A DNA stretch of 64,000 bases from an uncultured cyanobacterium (GCA_963703315.1 OY969811.1:1696001-1760000); one strand, 5' to 3'. Shown: positions 42,839-54,187, counted from the stretch's first letter. Made by a program: numbers and translations. Notes: generated from the sequence alone by a model not told the origin.

Positions 42839-43021
42839 GTAGGGGTTAAGCATTTGCGCCACAATTTTTCAACTCATCACAGAGACATCACTCCGCAAAT
42901 GCTAAACCCTCTTCGCCTTCACCGATCGCTTGTCCCTGCGTTGCGAGATTTAGGGCATAGCATTCCCAAATTGAGAGAATCTGTAAAATCATAAATCTCT
43001 GCGGGAATGCTATGCCCCTAC
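42839..43021. repeat. Two GTAG-type REP doublets
   Basis: GTAGGGGTTAAGCATTTGCG..CGCAAATGCTAAACCCT and TAGGGCATAGCATTCCC..GGGAATGCTATGCCCCTAC. Confidence 0.75.
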
Positions 43022-43071
43022 ATATCCACATTTATGTCACAATTTGCAAATTCATAACTTAATCTCAACCA

Positions 43072-43329
43072 TTGTTTGACCAACCTTTACCCCGCGATCC
43101 TCGAACAGGGTTACCAATTCCCGACGCTCCCTATCCACATACTCAAATTGGTTCACGCACCAGTCGGCGTACAGGAGACACATATCGCCAAGCCAGAGAA
43201 TTTGGCTATGATGGCGCAATTATTAGGGACATTGATTTTACCAATCATCGCCGCGCTGACCATACCAACCCACATCAACATCGCTATAATCAACTTACAG
43301 GAAAGCGACAGTCCGCCGAACCACTATAG
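43072..43329 (+). CDS. Orphan polymorphic toxin domain (Ntox24-like); start uncertain
   Basis: PHTQIG..YRQAREF..RDIDFTNH..HTNPHQH. Confidence 0.72.
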   Translation: MFDQPLPRDPRTGLPIPDAPYPHTQIGSRTSRRTGDTYRQAREFGYDGAIIRDIDFTNHRRADHTNPHQHRYNQLTGKRQSAEPL

Positions 43330-43347
43330 CTTTTCAGGAAAATAAAA

Positions 43348-43812
43348 ATGTCTAACGTAATTGAAATCAAATATCAGGATAACCAAGGCACATCAACCAT
43401 TGAACTGATTGACCTATTAAACCTGATTGCACAGGACAAACAACAACTTGTCTGGTCAATTTTAGATCTCGAAGCGATCGGCGACATCAGCACGATTTGG
43501 GAAAGAGGCATCCTAGATTTAGAAGAGAACATCAAAGAACTACCTCAAGGATTAATCTTAAGTTGGCAGATGCTAGTTCTATTAGTCAAAAAATTTGATC
43601 AAGTAATTAATACCGTCATCGTTGGTTGTCAAGAAGTATCCAAAATCCCCTCTCTCAAACCAGACATAGATATTGATGCACCTTGTGAAATCGTTTTAGA
43701 ACTAATTGATAGTTCTGTTTGGCGCATCTATTCTAAAGACGAACGGTTATTGCAGCACCTACAGCATGAATTTACCAACGTTCGACAAGTACAAGCGATC
43801 GCTTACACTTAA
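43348..43812 (+). CDS. Putative immunity protein
   Basis: Acidic 154-aa ORF 18 bp after the toxin; CEIVLELIDSSVWRIYSKD is DUF2691-like. Confidence 0.6.
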   Translation: MSNVIEIKYQDNQGTSTIELIDLLNLIAQDKQQLVWSILDLEAIGDISTIWERGILDLEENIKELPQGLILSWQMLVLLVKKFDQVINTVIVGCQEVSKIPSLKPDIDIDAPCEIVLELIDSSVWRIYSKDERLLQHLQHEFTNVRQVQAIAYT

Positions 43813-44564
43813 ATCACATGATTGAGATCAGTTGGTGATAAATGCTCATGGATAATTTGACCATCGCGAAACATAATAATCCGTTGCGTATTCCTTGCCA
43901 CATCAGCTTCATGCGTGACCATCACCACCGTAATTCCACTAGTATTTAACTCACCAAATAGTTCCATTACTTCACTAGTAGTATGAGAATCAAGCGCCCC
44001 TGTCGGTTCATCAGCCAATAGCATCACAGGATTATTCACGATCGCCCTTGCGATCGCCACCCTCTGCTGTTGACCACCAGACATTTGATTAGGACGATTA
44101 TTTAACCGATGCCCCATTGCTACTCGCTCTAGCGCCGCCACAGCCCGTTCCTTTTGTTCTTTAGGACGGATATTGGCATAAGCCATAGGCAACATCACAT
44201 TCTCTACAGCCGTAAGTTGTGGTAAAAGGTGATATTGCTGAAAGATAAAACCAATTTTGATATTGCGAACTTTAGCGAGATCGCGCTCCTCCATGTGAGA
44301 AACATCTTCTTCATCAAGGAAATATTGTCCTGATGTGCTGCTGTCAAGACAACCAATGATATTCATACAGGTGGATTTGCCCGAACCCGAAGCGCCCATA
44401 ATCGCACAATATTCTCCTTCCTTAATCACAAAGCTAACATTCTCTAAAGCCCTGACTAGCGTATCGTCCTGCCCATAATATTTACAAACATTTTTTAGGC
44501 GAACGATTTCACGTCTAGAGTCAGATATTTGGGAAGTCGGCGTAATCAGATCGTTGGTTAGCAT
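43809..44564 (-). CDS. ABC transporter ATP-binding protein (MacB/LolD type)
   Basis: GASGSGKS, MSGGQQQR, LLADEPTG. Confidence 0.93.
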   Translation of the reverse strand: MLTNDLITPTSQISDSRREIVRLKNVCKYYGQDDTLVRALENVSFVIKEGEYCAIMGASGSGKSTCMNIIGCLDSSTSGQYFLDEEDVSHMEERDLAKVRNIKIGFIFQQYHLLPQLTAVENVMLPMAYANIRPKEQKERAVAALERVAMGHRLNNRPNQMSGGQQQRVAIARAIVNNPVMLLADEPTGALDSHTTSEVMELFGELNTSGITVVMVTHEADVARNTQRIIMFRDGQIIHEHLSPTDLNHVI

Positions 44565-44610
44565 GGTTGATTGTTTTTAGCGATTAAGACAGATTTTCAA
44601 ATCTCACCAA

Positions 44611-44710
44611 TAACCCCTCCCTAGCCCTCCCCTTGCAAAGGGGAGGGAACGAAATTTCTAGTCTTCCCCCTTTGCAAGGGGGAATTAAAGGGGGTTTTTA
44701 AGACTTTTGT
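44611..44710. repeat. Inverted copy of the 37130-37226 repeat
   Basis: Direct sequence comparison. Confidence 0.85.
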
Positions 44711-44750
44711 GTACAAGGTAGCTTTTTTAAGGGGATAAGGGGGATCAATC

Positions 44751-45977
44751 TCAAATACTTCTCAAAGCAACAATTGGATCGAGTCTGGCAGCTTGTCGGG
44801 CGGGGAAGATGCCAAAAAATAGACCGATACCACCTGAGACACCTACAGCAAGGCAAATTGCCCCAATGGATACTCCCGCTTGTAAAGGGGAAACTACAGC
44901 GATCAGGAGAATTCCACCAACACCAATGCCTGTACCGATCGCTCCACCTAGTAATGACAAAATTACCGCTTCAATCGTGAACTGGGTGAGAATATCACTA
45001 GGTGATGCGCCGATCGCTTTGCGGAGTCCGATTTCACTCGTGCGCTCGGTGACGGAAACTAGCATGATGTTCATAATGCCGATGCCGCCCACTAACAAAG
45101 ATATTCCTGCGATCGCCGCTAGCATTACCGTTAAAGCGCTGGTAATATTACCCACGATTTCTAAGGCATCCTGCTGTGTCCGCACCGTAAACGTATCATC
45201 AGCATTTACATCAGCAGTACGGTGACGTAATCGCAATAGGTTAGAGATTTGGAACTGGGCAGCGCTAACATTTTCATTACTAGTCGCAGATACGTTGATT
45301 ACAGCAATAGCAACCCCATAGGGTGATGTTTTACCCGTGAGTTGGCTAGTCATCGTCGTAATTGGCAGAAAAATTGTGTCATCTTGGTTTGTCCCCAAAA
45401 AAGCGCCTTTCTCGGACATAATCCCAATTACTTCATAGCTAGTGCCACGTATTCTCACGGTCTGTCCGATCGCTTTACCTTGAGGAAATAAATCTTTAGC
45501 GATCGCTGCGCCGATAGTGACAACTCTGGCATTGCGCTTCAGGTCTTCTGCATTAAAAAAGCGTCCTGTACTTACTTCAGCATTACGGACGATTGTATAA
45601 GTATCAGTTGTCCCAATCAATGTAGCGCGTTTGGTATTGTTACCCGCGATCGCTAGCTCTGAGCCATTAATCTGCGGTGCAACACTCCGAACTGTAGGGA
45701 CTTGGGTGGCGATCGCTTCAGCATCTGCTAGGACTAAACGATTGGGTGGCGCGATCACATTTCGTCTGGCATTATCAGTTCCCGTAATCACGAAAATTAC
45801 ATCAGTACCTAGAGACTGAAACTGTTGTGCCGCATATTTTTGAGCGCCTTGCCCCACACCCACCATCAAAATCACGGAAGCATTACCAATAATGATTCCC
45901 AGCATTGTTAATGTGCTACGCAGACGGTTAGCTGCAAGGGTTTTCCCTGCCATGCGAAAGCTTTCCCAAGTATCCAT
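44751..45977 (-). CDS. ABC transporter permease (MacB/FtsX type)
   Basis: RSTLTMLGIIIG, VGGIGIMNIMLVSVTERTSEIG, PARQAARLDP. Confidence 0.94.
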   Translation of the reverse strand: MDTWESFRMAGKTLAANRLRSTLTMLGIIIGNASVILMVGVGQGAQKYAAQQFQSLGTDVIFVITGTDNARRNVIAPPNRLVLADAEAIATQVPTVRSVAPQINGSELAIAGNNTKRATLIGTTDTYTIVRNAEVSTGRFFNAEDLKRNARVVTIGAAIAKDLFPQGKAIGQTVRIRGTSYEVIGIMSEKGAFLGTNQDDTIFLPITTMTSQLTGKTSPYGVAIAVINVSATSNENVSAAQFQISNLLRLRHRTADVNADDTFTVRTQQDALEIVGNITSALTVMLAAIAGISLLVGGIGIMNIMLVSVTERTSEIGLRKAIGASPSDILTQFTIEAVILSLLGGAIGTGIGVGGILLIAVVSPLQAGVSIGAICLAVGVSGGIGLFFGIFPARQAARLDPIVALRSI

Positions 45978-46194
45978 TTATTTACCTAAGTTGCTTGTAA
46001 TATCCCCGTAAGTCTTAATTTGTTGCAGCGTGCGCTGCAACAAATTAGGACTTTAATTATGCCGAGATACTTATCATATAAAAACTATCACTATATCTAG
46101 ACTTCAGCATCATCTTATGGAGCGAAATATCGTAAATATCAGTTTTTGCGTTAGCATAAACTTTAGTTGAACTTGCAAAAATTCTCGATTTTCT

Positions 46195-46437
46195 ATGCCC
46201 AAGCTATCAAAACCACCAGATCCTAACGATCCTGAATATCAAAATCTCGAACGCCGAGTAAACTTTTATTTGCACCTTGCCATCTATTCAGCTTGTAGCA
46301 CCTGTATGTGGTTTATTCAATCAATTACGGAGAAGGTATGGATATGGTCGGTCTGGGTAGCAGTAATCTGGGGCATAACTATCCTTAGTCATGGAATCTG
46401 GGTTCTTTCTAAAGAAAAGCAAACTCAAGAAGTTTAG
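46195..46437 (+). CDS. 2TM domain protein
   Basis: ERRVNFYLHLAIY..WGITILSH. Confidence 0.75.
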   Translation: MPKLSKPPDPNDPEYQNLERRVNFYLHLAIYSACSTCMWFIQSITEKVWIWSVWVAVIWGITILSHGIWVLSKEKQTQEV

Positions 46438-46505
46438 AGCAATCCTGAAGATATTGATTTTGAGTTTTAGATGCCAATTTTCCTGAAGGTATAGAGGTTT
46501 AATTT

Positions 46506-46796
46506 ATGAGTACTACCGAACGCATTGAACAACTAGCTGCCGCGATCGCCGAAGATGTGTATATCGACATTGCTAAGTGGCATTTATATTTGAATGATGC
46601 ACATTTACATCGTCCCTTAGCAGAGAAGTTTTATCCATTATTGCTGGATGGAATTACCTCAGCCGATGTTAACAAAGTATTAATGGAAACTAAGATTGCG
46701 ATCGGTGGTGGTAAGCGCGAGATTTCCCTCAGTGATTTAATTCCTAGTTCTTGTCAAAATCGGCTCCTAAGCATTTTAGAAGAATTTGAATATTAA
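46506..46796 (+). CDS. DUF3181 family protein
   Basis: VYIDIAKWHLYLNDAHL, IGGGK..LSDLIP. Confidence 0.85.
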   Translation: MSTTERIEQLAAAIAEDVYIDIAKWHLYLNDAHLHRPLAEKFYPLLLDGITSADVNKVLMETKIAIGGGKREISLSDLIPSSCQNRLLSILEEFEY

Positions 46797-46846
46797 ATCC
46801 TAACAAGGGGCTGAATCCCCTTGTCCCCCAAGGTTTAGGACAACCT

Positions 46847-48178
46847 ATGACAACTTCTGCAAATACTGTTTTTCAGTCGATGCGCCGCCGTTTGGCGCTA
46901 TGGTATGCGATCGTTACGGCAATATTATTAATTGTATTTGCTACAGGGTTCTATTTGTACGTGCAGTCAACGCTGATCGATCGCGTTGATGACACCATTG
47001 ACCACGTGGCAGAGGTGATCGAGCGATCGCTGATCCGTTCTAATTTGATTGATTTAGAATCGGATTTTAGTCATAACTTTTCGGCAAATGCTCAAGCGAT
47101 CGATGCTGATCATATTGATATTGATTGGTTTAGCCCCAATGGAGAAATTCTCTGGACAACTAATGGAAATTCTGAGTCTCTGCAACAACGTGAACGCGGC
47201 ATTTTGCAACCAGTCTATCGGACTGTGCATTTGTCTGAAGCCGAGCCATTACGCCAGATGACCGAACCGATTGTGATTAATGGCAAATTGCTAGGATATT
47301 TGCGAATTAGTCATCCTTGGTTTGAAGTAACTAAGCCTGTTAAGCAATTATTTCTTGATCTGGCAGTGGGGACAACGCTGATGGTCGGTGTCGTGTTGCT
47401 CTGTGGCTGGTGGTTGGCAGGAATTGCCATGGAACCTGTGCGCGAGTCCTATCAACGCTTAAAACAGTTTACTGCCGATGCTTCCCACGAACTGCGTAAC
47501 CCGATCGCAGTCATTCAAACCAATGTCCAAGTTGCCCTTGCTGACCCCAATCCTGATCCTGAATTTCAGCGATCGCAACTAGAAACCATCGAAAGAATTA
47601 CGCGGCGTTTAGGAAGATTGATTGAAGATTTATTGTTTTTAGCGCGGCATGATGGGGGCATTACTAATCAGAAGCGTGAATCTTGTAACTTATTGCAAAT
47701 ATTGCATGAGGTGGGAGAAGAACAACAGGCGATCGCGCAACAAAAACAAATTACGCTAGAAGTACCTGTACCTAACACCGCCCAAAACACCGCACAAAAC
47801 TTACTTGTGTTAGGCGATCGAGATCGCTTAGGACGCTTATTTACTAATTTGGTGAGCAATGCGATCGCCTATACACCCATAGGTGGCAAAGTCCAAATTA
47901 TCGCCCAAACTACATCTTCCAATCACATCCAAGTTCAAGTTAAAGATACTGGCATCGGCATTCCTGAAGTAGAATTACCGCAAATTTTTGAACGCTTCTA
48001 CCGCTATCAACCACAAAAAAATAGTAAGTCTAGTGCGAAATATAGCAATTTGTATACAAGTGGTTCAGGGCTGGGACTAGCGATCGCTAAGGCGATCGCC
48101 GAAAGTCATCAGGGAAAAATTCATGTTGAGAGCAAAGTCGGTCAGGGAACCATCTTTACGGTTAATTTATCGAAATAA
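46847..48178 (+). CDS. Membrane sensor histidine kinase
   Basis: Two TM segments; FTADASHELRNP, NLVSNA, DTGIGI, GSGLGL. Confidence 0.95.
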   Translation: MTTSANTVFQSMRRRLALWYAIVTAILLIVFATGFYLYVQSTLIDRVDDTIDHVAEVIERSLIRSNLIDLESDFSHNFSANAQAIDADHIDIDWFSPNGEILWTTNGNSESLQQRERGILQPVYRTVHLSEAEPLRQMTEPIVINGKLLGYLRISHPWFEVTKPVKQLFLDLAVGTTLMVGVVLLCGWWLAGIAMEPVRESYQRLKQFTADASHELRNPIAVIQTNVQVALADPNPDPEFQRSQLETIERITRRLGRLIEDLLFLARHDGGITNQKRESCNLLQILHEVGEEQQAIAQQKQITLEVPVPNTAQNTAQNLLVLGDRDRLGRLFTNLVSNAIAYTPIGGKVQIIAQTTSSNHIQVQVKDTGIGIPEVELPQIFERFYRYQPQKNSKSSAKYSNLYTSGSGLGLAIAKAIAESHQGKIHVESKVGQGTIFTVNLSK

Positions 48179-48211
48179 AAAAGAGAGGCGGCGCTTTGCG
48201 CCGCCTCTCTT

Positions 48212-49201
48212 TTAGTGATTAACGCTTCCTGCACGGAAAACACTGCCAATTACTTCTTCGATCGCAGGTTCATTGACGGATAAATCGAGAATTTCTAACT
48301 CAGCAAGAATTTGCGAAACTGCTTTAGTCAAATTTTCGCGGGGAATTAAAAAACACACAGCCTGACTATCAATATTCAGAATTTGACCATATTTTTGTAA
48401 ATCATCGCGACTAGTAATCGGTTTAGCTAATTCCACCCGCACTTCTCGATAGGGAGCAAAATTATCATGCAAGCCTTCGAGACTGCCATCATAAATTAAT
48501 CCACCTTGATGGATCAGTAACACGCGCTTACATAAAGCCGTAATGTCTGCCATGTAATGACTGGTTAACAAAATCGTGGCTTGGTAGCGAGCATTATATT
48601 CTCGTAAAAACTCCCGTACACTTGCCTGAGCATTGACATCTAGCCCTAAAGTTGGCTCATCTAAAAATAAAACTTGAGGCTGGTGCAACAATGCCGCTAG
48701 CAATTCTGCCTTCATGCGCTCACCGAGGGAGAGTTTTCGCATTGGTTGCGATAGTTTGCCCTCAAGGGATAGCATTTCTGTTAATTCGCCGAGGCGATGC
48801 TTAAATATTTTGTCAGGAATGTCATACACCGCCGCATTCATTCGCAATGAGTCGAGGGCTGGTAAATCCCAGATTAATTGCTGTTTCTGCCCCATGACTA
48901 AAGTGATTTTTTGCAGAAACCCTGTGTCACGGCGAAAGGGGATATGTCCTGCGACTTGGACATTGCCCGATGAAGGATGAATCAATCCCGTTAACATTTT
49001 TAAAGTTGTGGTTTTACCTGCGCCATTTGGCCCTAAAAATCCGACCATTTCTCCAGAGGCGATCGCAAAGGAAATATCTTTAACGGCAGCAATTTCTCGA
49101 TATTGACGATGCCAAAAGTGTCTAAGAGTGCCAACTATCCCCGCATCCTTGACCGCAATGTGATAAATTTTGCTCAAACCTTCAACCGTAACCATTGCCA
49201 T
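48212..49201 (-). CDS. ABC transporter ATP-binding protein
   Basis: GPNGAGKT, LSLGERMK, FLDEPT. Confidence 0.93.
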   Translation of the reverse strand: MAMVTVEGLSKIYHIAVKDAGIVGTLRHFWHRQYREIAAVKDISFAIASGEMVGFLGPNGAGKTTTLKMLTGLIHPSSGNVQVAGHIPFRRDTGFLQKITLVMGQKQQLIWDLPALDSLRMNAAVYDIPDKIFKHRLGELTEMLSLEGKLSQPMRKLSLGERMKAELLAALLHQPQVLFLDEPTLGLDVNAQASVREFLREYNARYQATILLTSHYMADITALCKRVLLIHQGGLIYDGSLEGLHDNFAPYREVRVELAKPITSRDDLQKYGQILNIDSQAVCFLIPRENLTKAVSQILAELEILDLSVNEPAIEEVIGSVFRAGSVNH

Positions 49202-49434
49202 AGCACTCTAACCAAGATGCATTCTGATATACTGTCAACAACATCAATGTTTCTCATTGATTAGCTAGATGTACATCAACAATTCTGTAAGACGCAATCA
49301 AAAAACAGTTAATGTTGATTAGGCAATATTCATTACCTTATCTTATTTTTAGGGTTTTGGAAATTTTATGATTGCATTAGTTTAGTACTTAAAGCTAATG
49401 TCGATCGCACAACTGGAAAATCAGGAAGGCAGTT

Positions 49435-49806
49435 ATGGTAAAAGTCCTCGTAGTGGACGATAGTCCGATGGTTTTAGAGATGGTCTCGGCACATCTAAAG
49501 CAAAATGGCATAGAAGTTACAGAAGCCAATAACGGTGCGGAAGCGGTAGAAAAACTCAAAGTTTTAACTCCCGATCTTGTCGTCACCGATGTTGTCATGC
49601 CACAAATGAATGGCTATGAGTTATGTCGTTGGATCAAAAATAATGCCTCTACGAAGAATGTACCTGTAATTATGTGTACAACCAAAAGTGAGGAATTTGA
49701 TAAGTACTGGGGTATGAAGCAGGGGGCAGATGCTTATTTAACTAAGCCATATCATCCACCTGAATTAATCAAAACCATTAAGCAGTTACTTAGTCAGGTC
49801 AAATAA
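49435..49806 (+). CDS. Single-domain response regulator (PilH-like)
   Basis: VVDD, DVVMP, DKYWGMKQGADAY. Confidence 0.9.
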   Translation: MVKVLVVDDSPMVLEMVSAHLKQNGIEVTEANNGAEAVEKLKVLTPDLVVTDVVMPQMNGYELCRWIKNNASTKNVPVIMCTTKSEEFDKYWGMKQGADAYLTKPYHPPELIKTIKQLLSQVK

Positions 49807-49831
49807 AAAAGGGGTGCTATGCACCCCTTTT

Positions 49832-50341
49832 TTATTTGCGTTCCTTGATGCGTATTGAAGCTTTTTGTTCAGGATCAATACCTTCAAAGGTAGGAGGCAG
49901 CCAAACGCGGACGATTAAGAGTAATGCTAAGGCAACCAAGAAAGCACAGGTTGCTAATACCTGTTTCCATTCCACTTCTAATAAGCCTTTAACAATCACT
50001 TCTCGCAATACCGAAACAATCGTTACTTCTACGGAAACCCCTATGGATACTCGTTGCTCTTGAAGATAAATAATTAGTAGGCGAAATAATTCCACTAAAA
50101 TGAGGATGAATAAAATATCGGCATTAATTTCGTGAAATCGTAAAGTTGTAATTAATGATAGGAAAATCTCCTTAAGTTGCAACACCATGACGCAGAATAG
50201 TCCAATACATAAAGAAATAGCGATCGCATCTTGGACTAGCTCTAAAGTGTGGACAATCCGATAACGTAAAGTATTTTTGTCTTGATTCGGATTGATTGGT
50301 TCATCAATAGAAGCGTCAATGAGTTTATTTAACTGCTGCAT
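49832..50341 (-). CDS. PsiE family membrane protein
   Basis: LFILILVELFR, EVTIVSVLREVI. Confidence 0.85.
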   Translation of the reverse strand: MQQLNKLIDASIDEPINPNQDKNTLRYRIVHTLELVQDAIAISLCIGLFCVMVLQLKEIFLSLITTLRFHEINADILFILILVELFRLLIIYLQEQRVSIGVSVEVTIVSVLREVIVKGLLEVEWKQVLATCAFLVALALLLIVRVWLPPTFEGIDPEQKASIRIKERK

Positions 50342-50427
50342 ATCTAAATTTCATCCACTAAAAAACATGGACTTAAGTTAGCATAGGCTGCATTTATAGC
50401 ACAATCATAATTGTATTAGTTTTTATA

Positions 50428-51312
50428 ATGTCTAACATATTTTATTTAGGTTGTGCGGTTTGGGCGTTTAAGGGTTGGGTAGGTGATTTCTATCCGAAAG
50501 GCAGTCGCTCAACGGAATTTTTGCAGCTTTACAGCGATCGCCTGTTGACGGTAGAGGTAAATTCGACTTTTTATGTAATCCCCGATCGCCAAACAATCGA
50601 GCGCTGGGCAAAGGAGACACCCACATATTTTAGGTTTTGTCCAAAGTTTCCGAAACATTTCACCCATAACGGTTTGTTGTTGCCATCTATCGAGCAAGCT
50701 TTTCAGTTTTTAGATTTGATATCGGGTTTTAGCGATCGCTTAGGCGTGTCATTTATCCAGTTACCGCCCAGCTATAGCCCCGCAAATTTTACGGATTTAG
50801 AAAATTTTCTGAAAGCATTACCAACTCAGGATTATCAAATCGCTCTAGAAGTGCGTCATGCTGATTGGTTTAAGCCGAATTATAGCGATCGCCTCAATCA
50901 GTTATTACAAAGTTTAGGGATTGGTCGCGTATTACTAGATTCACGCCCCATTTATGACTTGCCCTTTGGTGATGACATTGATCCTGCGTTGGCGATGCCA
51001 GTGCAGCAGGAACGCCGCAAACCCAATTTGCCTTTACAGCCTGTAGTGACAGCCCCTTTTAGTATCGTGCGGTTTATCAGTCACCCTGATCGCGATTTGA
51101 ATATTCGCTTTTGGCAAGAATGGGTAAATTATTTACAGGATTGGCTCACACAGGGAACTCAAGTTTATTTCTTTATGCACTGCCCGATCGAAGAGCGATC
51201 GCCCCACAATTTAAAGTACTTTCAGGAAATGTTAGAAAAAGCAAATGTTCCAGTGCCAGTGTTACCTTGGGATCAGCTTATTCCACCACCACAGCAATTA
51301 ACCCTCTTTTAA
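50428..51312 (+). CDS. DUF72 domain protein
   Basis: W..GW..FYP, VEVNSTFY, QLPPSY, EVRH. Confidence 0.92.
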   Translation: MSNIFYLGCAVWAFKGWVGDFYPKGSRSTEFLQLYSDRLLTVEVNSTFYVIPDRQTIERWAKETPTYFRFCPKFPKHFTHNGLLLPSIEQAFQFLDLISGFSDRLGVSFIQLPPSYSPANFTDLENFLKALPTQDYQIALEVRHADWFKPNYSDRLNQLLQSLGIGRVLLDSRPIYDLPFGDDIDPALAMPVQQERRKPNLPLQPVVTAPFSIVRFISHPDRDLNIRFWQEWVNYLQDWLTQGTQVYFFMHCPIEERSPHNLKYFQEMLEKANVPVPVLPWDQLIPPPQQLTLF

Positions 51313-51313
51313 C

Positions 51314-51688
51314 ATGATCACAATTAAATCAGTTTTACGGGTCTTGCTTGCGATATTCATGATCACCGCAGGTACACTTCACTGGGTAACACCCGATCCC
51401 TTTGTCAAGATCGTTCCTTCTTTTTTACCTGCTCCTTTAGCTTTGGTCTACATTAGTGGCGTATTTGAAATTTTAGGTGGAGTTGGCTTGTTAGTTCCAC
51501 TAGTAAGTCAAGCCGCAGCATGGGGATTGATCGCCCTATTTATTGCCGTATTTCCTGCCAATATCAATATGGCAGTTAATCGTATTCAAATGGATGGAAT
51601 TCCCGACTCAGACCTATTACGATGGGGACGATTGCCATTGCAAGCAGTCCTCATCGCTTGGGCTTGGTGGTACACCAAACGAGACTGA
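51314..51688 (+). CDS. DoxX family membrane protein
   Basis: AGTLH, SGVFEILGG, AVFPANI, RLPLQ. Confidence 0.85.
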   Translation: MITIKSVLRVLLAIFMITAGTLHWVTPDPFVKIVPSFLPAPLALVYISGVFEILGGVGLLVPLVSQAAAWGLIALFIAVFPANINMAVNRIQMDGIPDSDLLRWGRLPLQAVLIAWAWWYTKRD

Positions 51689-51761
51689 GTATTGTATGGG
51701 GCAACTTTGCCGCGCCTTACAATATAACCATTAGGCATACTCACCTCACCAATATCAAGTT

Positions 51762-53333
51762 ATGAGCCAATCTCAACTAAATTCCAGCGATCGCTATGCA
51801 GAATTTATTCAACCTGTGGATGAATTCAATCGGGCTTTGATTGCGAATGTCCACCCCTTAGATTGGGTAAATCCTCAGCCAGCCCCTCTGTACGATCTGG
51901 TAGTGATTGGTGCGGGAACGGCGGGCTTAGTAGTGGCGGCAGGGGCAGCAGGTTTGGGATTAGGGCTGAAAGTTGCCTTAATTGAGAAGAACTTGATGGG
52001 CGGTGATTGTCTGAATGTTGGTTGCGTTCCTTCCAAATGCGTGATTCGTTCATCGCGAGTAGTTGCCGATATCCTTGATGCTGCGAGATTTGGCATTAAT
52101 CCACCCCAAAATATTGATATCGATTTTGCTGCCGTAATGGAAAGAATGCGAAAGATCCGTGCTGGCATTAGTCACCATGATTCTGCTGAGCGATTTCGCA
52201 ATCTTGGTGTCGATGTATTTCTCGGCTCAGCAAGCTTTATTGATCACAAAGCGATCGCTGTTAATAGCACCAAATCAAACATCAAATTAAACTTTAAAAA
52301 AGCGGCAATTGCCACAGGCGCAAGGGCATCTGATCCACAAATAGCAGGACTTGCCGAAGCAGGATGTTTAACCAATGAAACTGTATTTTCTCTCACCGAT
52401 CGCCCCAAAAGATTAGCAGTCATCGGTGGCGGTGCAATTGGTTGTGAACTAGCGCAAGCCTTTCAGCGTTTGGGATGTCAAGTCTCATTACTGCATAAAA
52501 ATCCACGTTTGATGGATCGCGAGGATGCTGATGTGTCAGAAATTATGCAGCAGGGATTTGTCCGTGAGGGTGTGAATTTAGTACTTGACTGTGCGATCGC
52601 CCAAGTAGAAAAAACTAGCACTGGCAAAATCATCCATTATCAACAAAATGGCATTAATCACCAAATAGAAGTCGATGAAATTCTCGTCGGTGCAGGGCGA
52701 TCTCCCAATGTTGAAGGCTTGAATCTAGAAGCTGCGGGTGTGGACTATGACAAACGGCGAGGCGTATTTGTCAATGATTATCTCCAAACTACGAATCCCC
52801 AGATTTTCGCCGCAGGGGACATCTGCATGAATTGGAAGTTTACCCACGCCGCCGATGCTGCTGCGCGAATCGTGATTAAAAACACGCTCTTTTCTCCCTT
52901 TGGTTTAGGCAAAAGTAAGCTCAGCGATTTGGTCATGCCTTGGGTGACCTATACCGATCCTGAAATTGCCCATGTGGGTTTATATGCCAAGGAAGCCAAA
53001 GCGCAAGGCTTAGAAACCGATGAAATTAAGATTCCCTTTAGTTCAGTCGATCGCGCTATTTATGATGGCGAAACGGAAGGCTTTGTGAAAATCTTGCATC
53101 AACGCGGCTCGGATCGCATTCTTGGAGCCACAATCGTGGCGCGTCATGCTGGTGAGATGATTAGCGAAATTACTTTAGCGATCGCCTCTAAACAGGGATT
53201 AAATACTCTTTCTAGTGTCATTCATGCCTACCCCACTCAAGCCGATGCTATCAAGAAAGCCGCCGATGCCTATCGTAAAACTTTGCTAACCCCACGCACA
53301 CAAGCATTTTTAAAGTTTTTAACTAAGATTTAG
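51762..53333 (+). CDS. Pyridine nucleotide-disulfide oxidoreductase (MerA/LpdA-like)
   Basis: GAGTAG, GGDCLNVGCVPSK, GGGAIG, FTHAA, HAYPT. Confidence 0.9.
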   Translation: MSQSQLNSSDRYAEFIQPVDEFNRALIANVHPLDWVNPQPAPLYDLVVIGAGTAGLVVAAGAAGLGLGLKVALIEKNLMGGDCLNVGCVPSKCVIRSSRVVADILDAARFGINPPQNIDIDFAAVMERMRKIRAGISHHDSAERFRNLGVDVFLGSASFIDHKAIAVNSTKSNIKLNFKKAAIATGARASDPQIAGLAEAGCLTNETVFSLTDRPKRLAVIGGGAIGCELAQAFQRLGCQVSLLHKNPRLMDREDADVSEIMQQGFVREGVNLVLDCAIAQVEKTSTGKIIHYQQNGINHQIEVDEILVGAGRSPNVEGLNLEAAGVDYDKRRGVFVNDYLQTTNPQIFAAGDICMNWKFTHAADAAARIVIKNTLFSPFGLGKSKLSDLVMPWVTYTDPEIAHVGLYAKEAKAQGLETDEIKIPFSSVDRAIYDGETEGFVKILHQRGSDRILGATIVARHAGEMISEITLAIASKQGLNTLSSVIHAYPTQADAIKKAADAYRKTLLTPRTQAFLKFLTKI

Positions 53334-53359
53334 AATTTTTGTAGCGCGGCGAAGCCGCG

Positions 53360-53548
53360 CTACAAAAAGTCTGGTTCCTTTGCGCCAGTTAGTTTTCCAG
53401 TACCACCGCAAAACGAGCAGTTTTCTTCTCTCTGAATCTCGCCAGAACAGTCGCGAATTTGAATGTAGCCTTTACCTTCACAATGATGACAAGATTGAGG
53501 CTTTTGTGTGGAAGTTGTAAGGCGATCGCCTGCTAATTTTTCTGACAT
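53360..53548 (-). CDS. Small DnaJ-type zinc-finger protein
   Basis: CHHCEGKG and CSFCGGTG. Confidence 0.7.
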   Translation of the reverse strand: MSEKLAGDRLTTSTQKPQSCHHCEGKGYIQIRDCSGEIQREENCSFCGGTGKLTGAKEPDFL

Positions 53549-53558
53549 ATTGTTGTAG

Positions 53559-54145
<587 letters not shown>

Positions 54146-54187
54146 TTAAACTCCTCATCCAAATCATCTAATATATTTTTAATGTAT

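Noticed and set aside
47773..47800. Short in-frame duplications (NTAQNTAQN in the kinase, SQTDSQTD in TrhO, Pro-rich PBP tail)
   Set aside because: Ordinary slippage in linker regions with no evidence of function.
51762..53333. True mercuric reductase MerA
   Set aside because: No N-terminal HMA domain, no C-terminal Cys-Cys pair and no mer operon.
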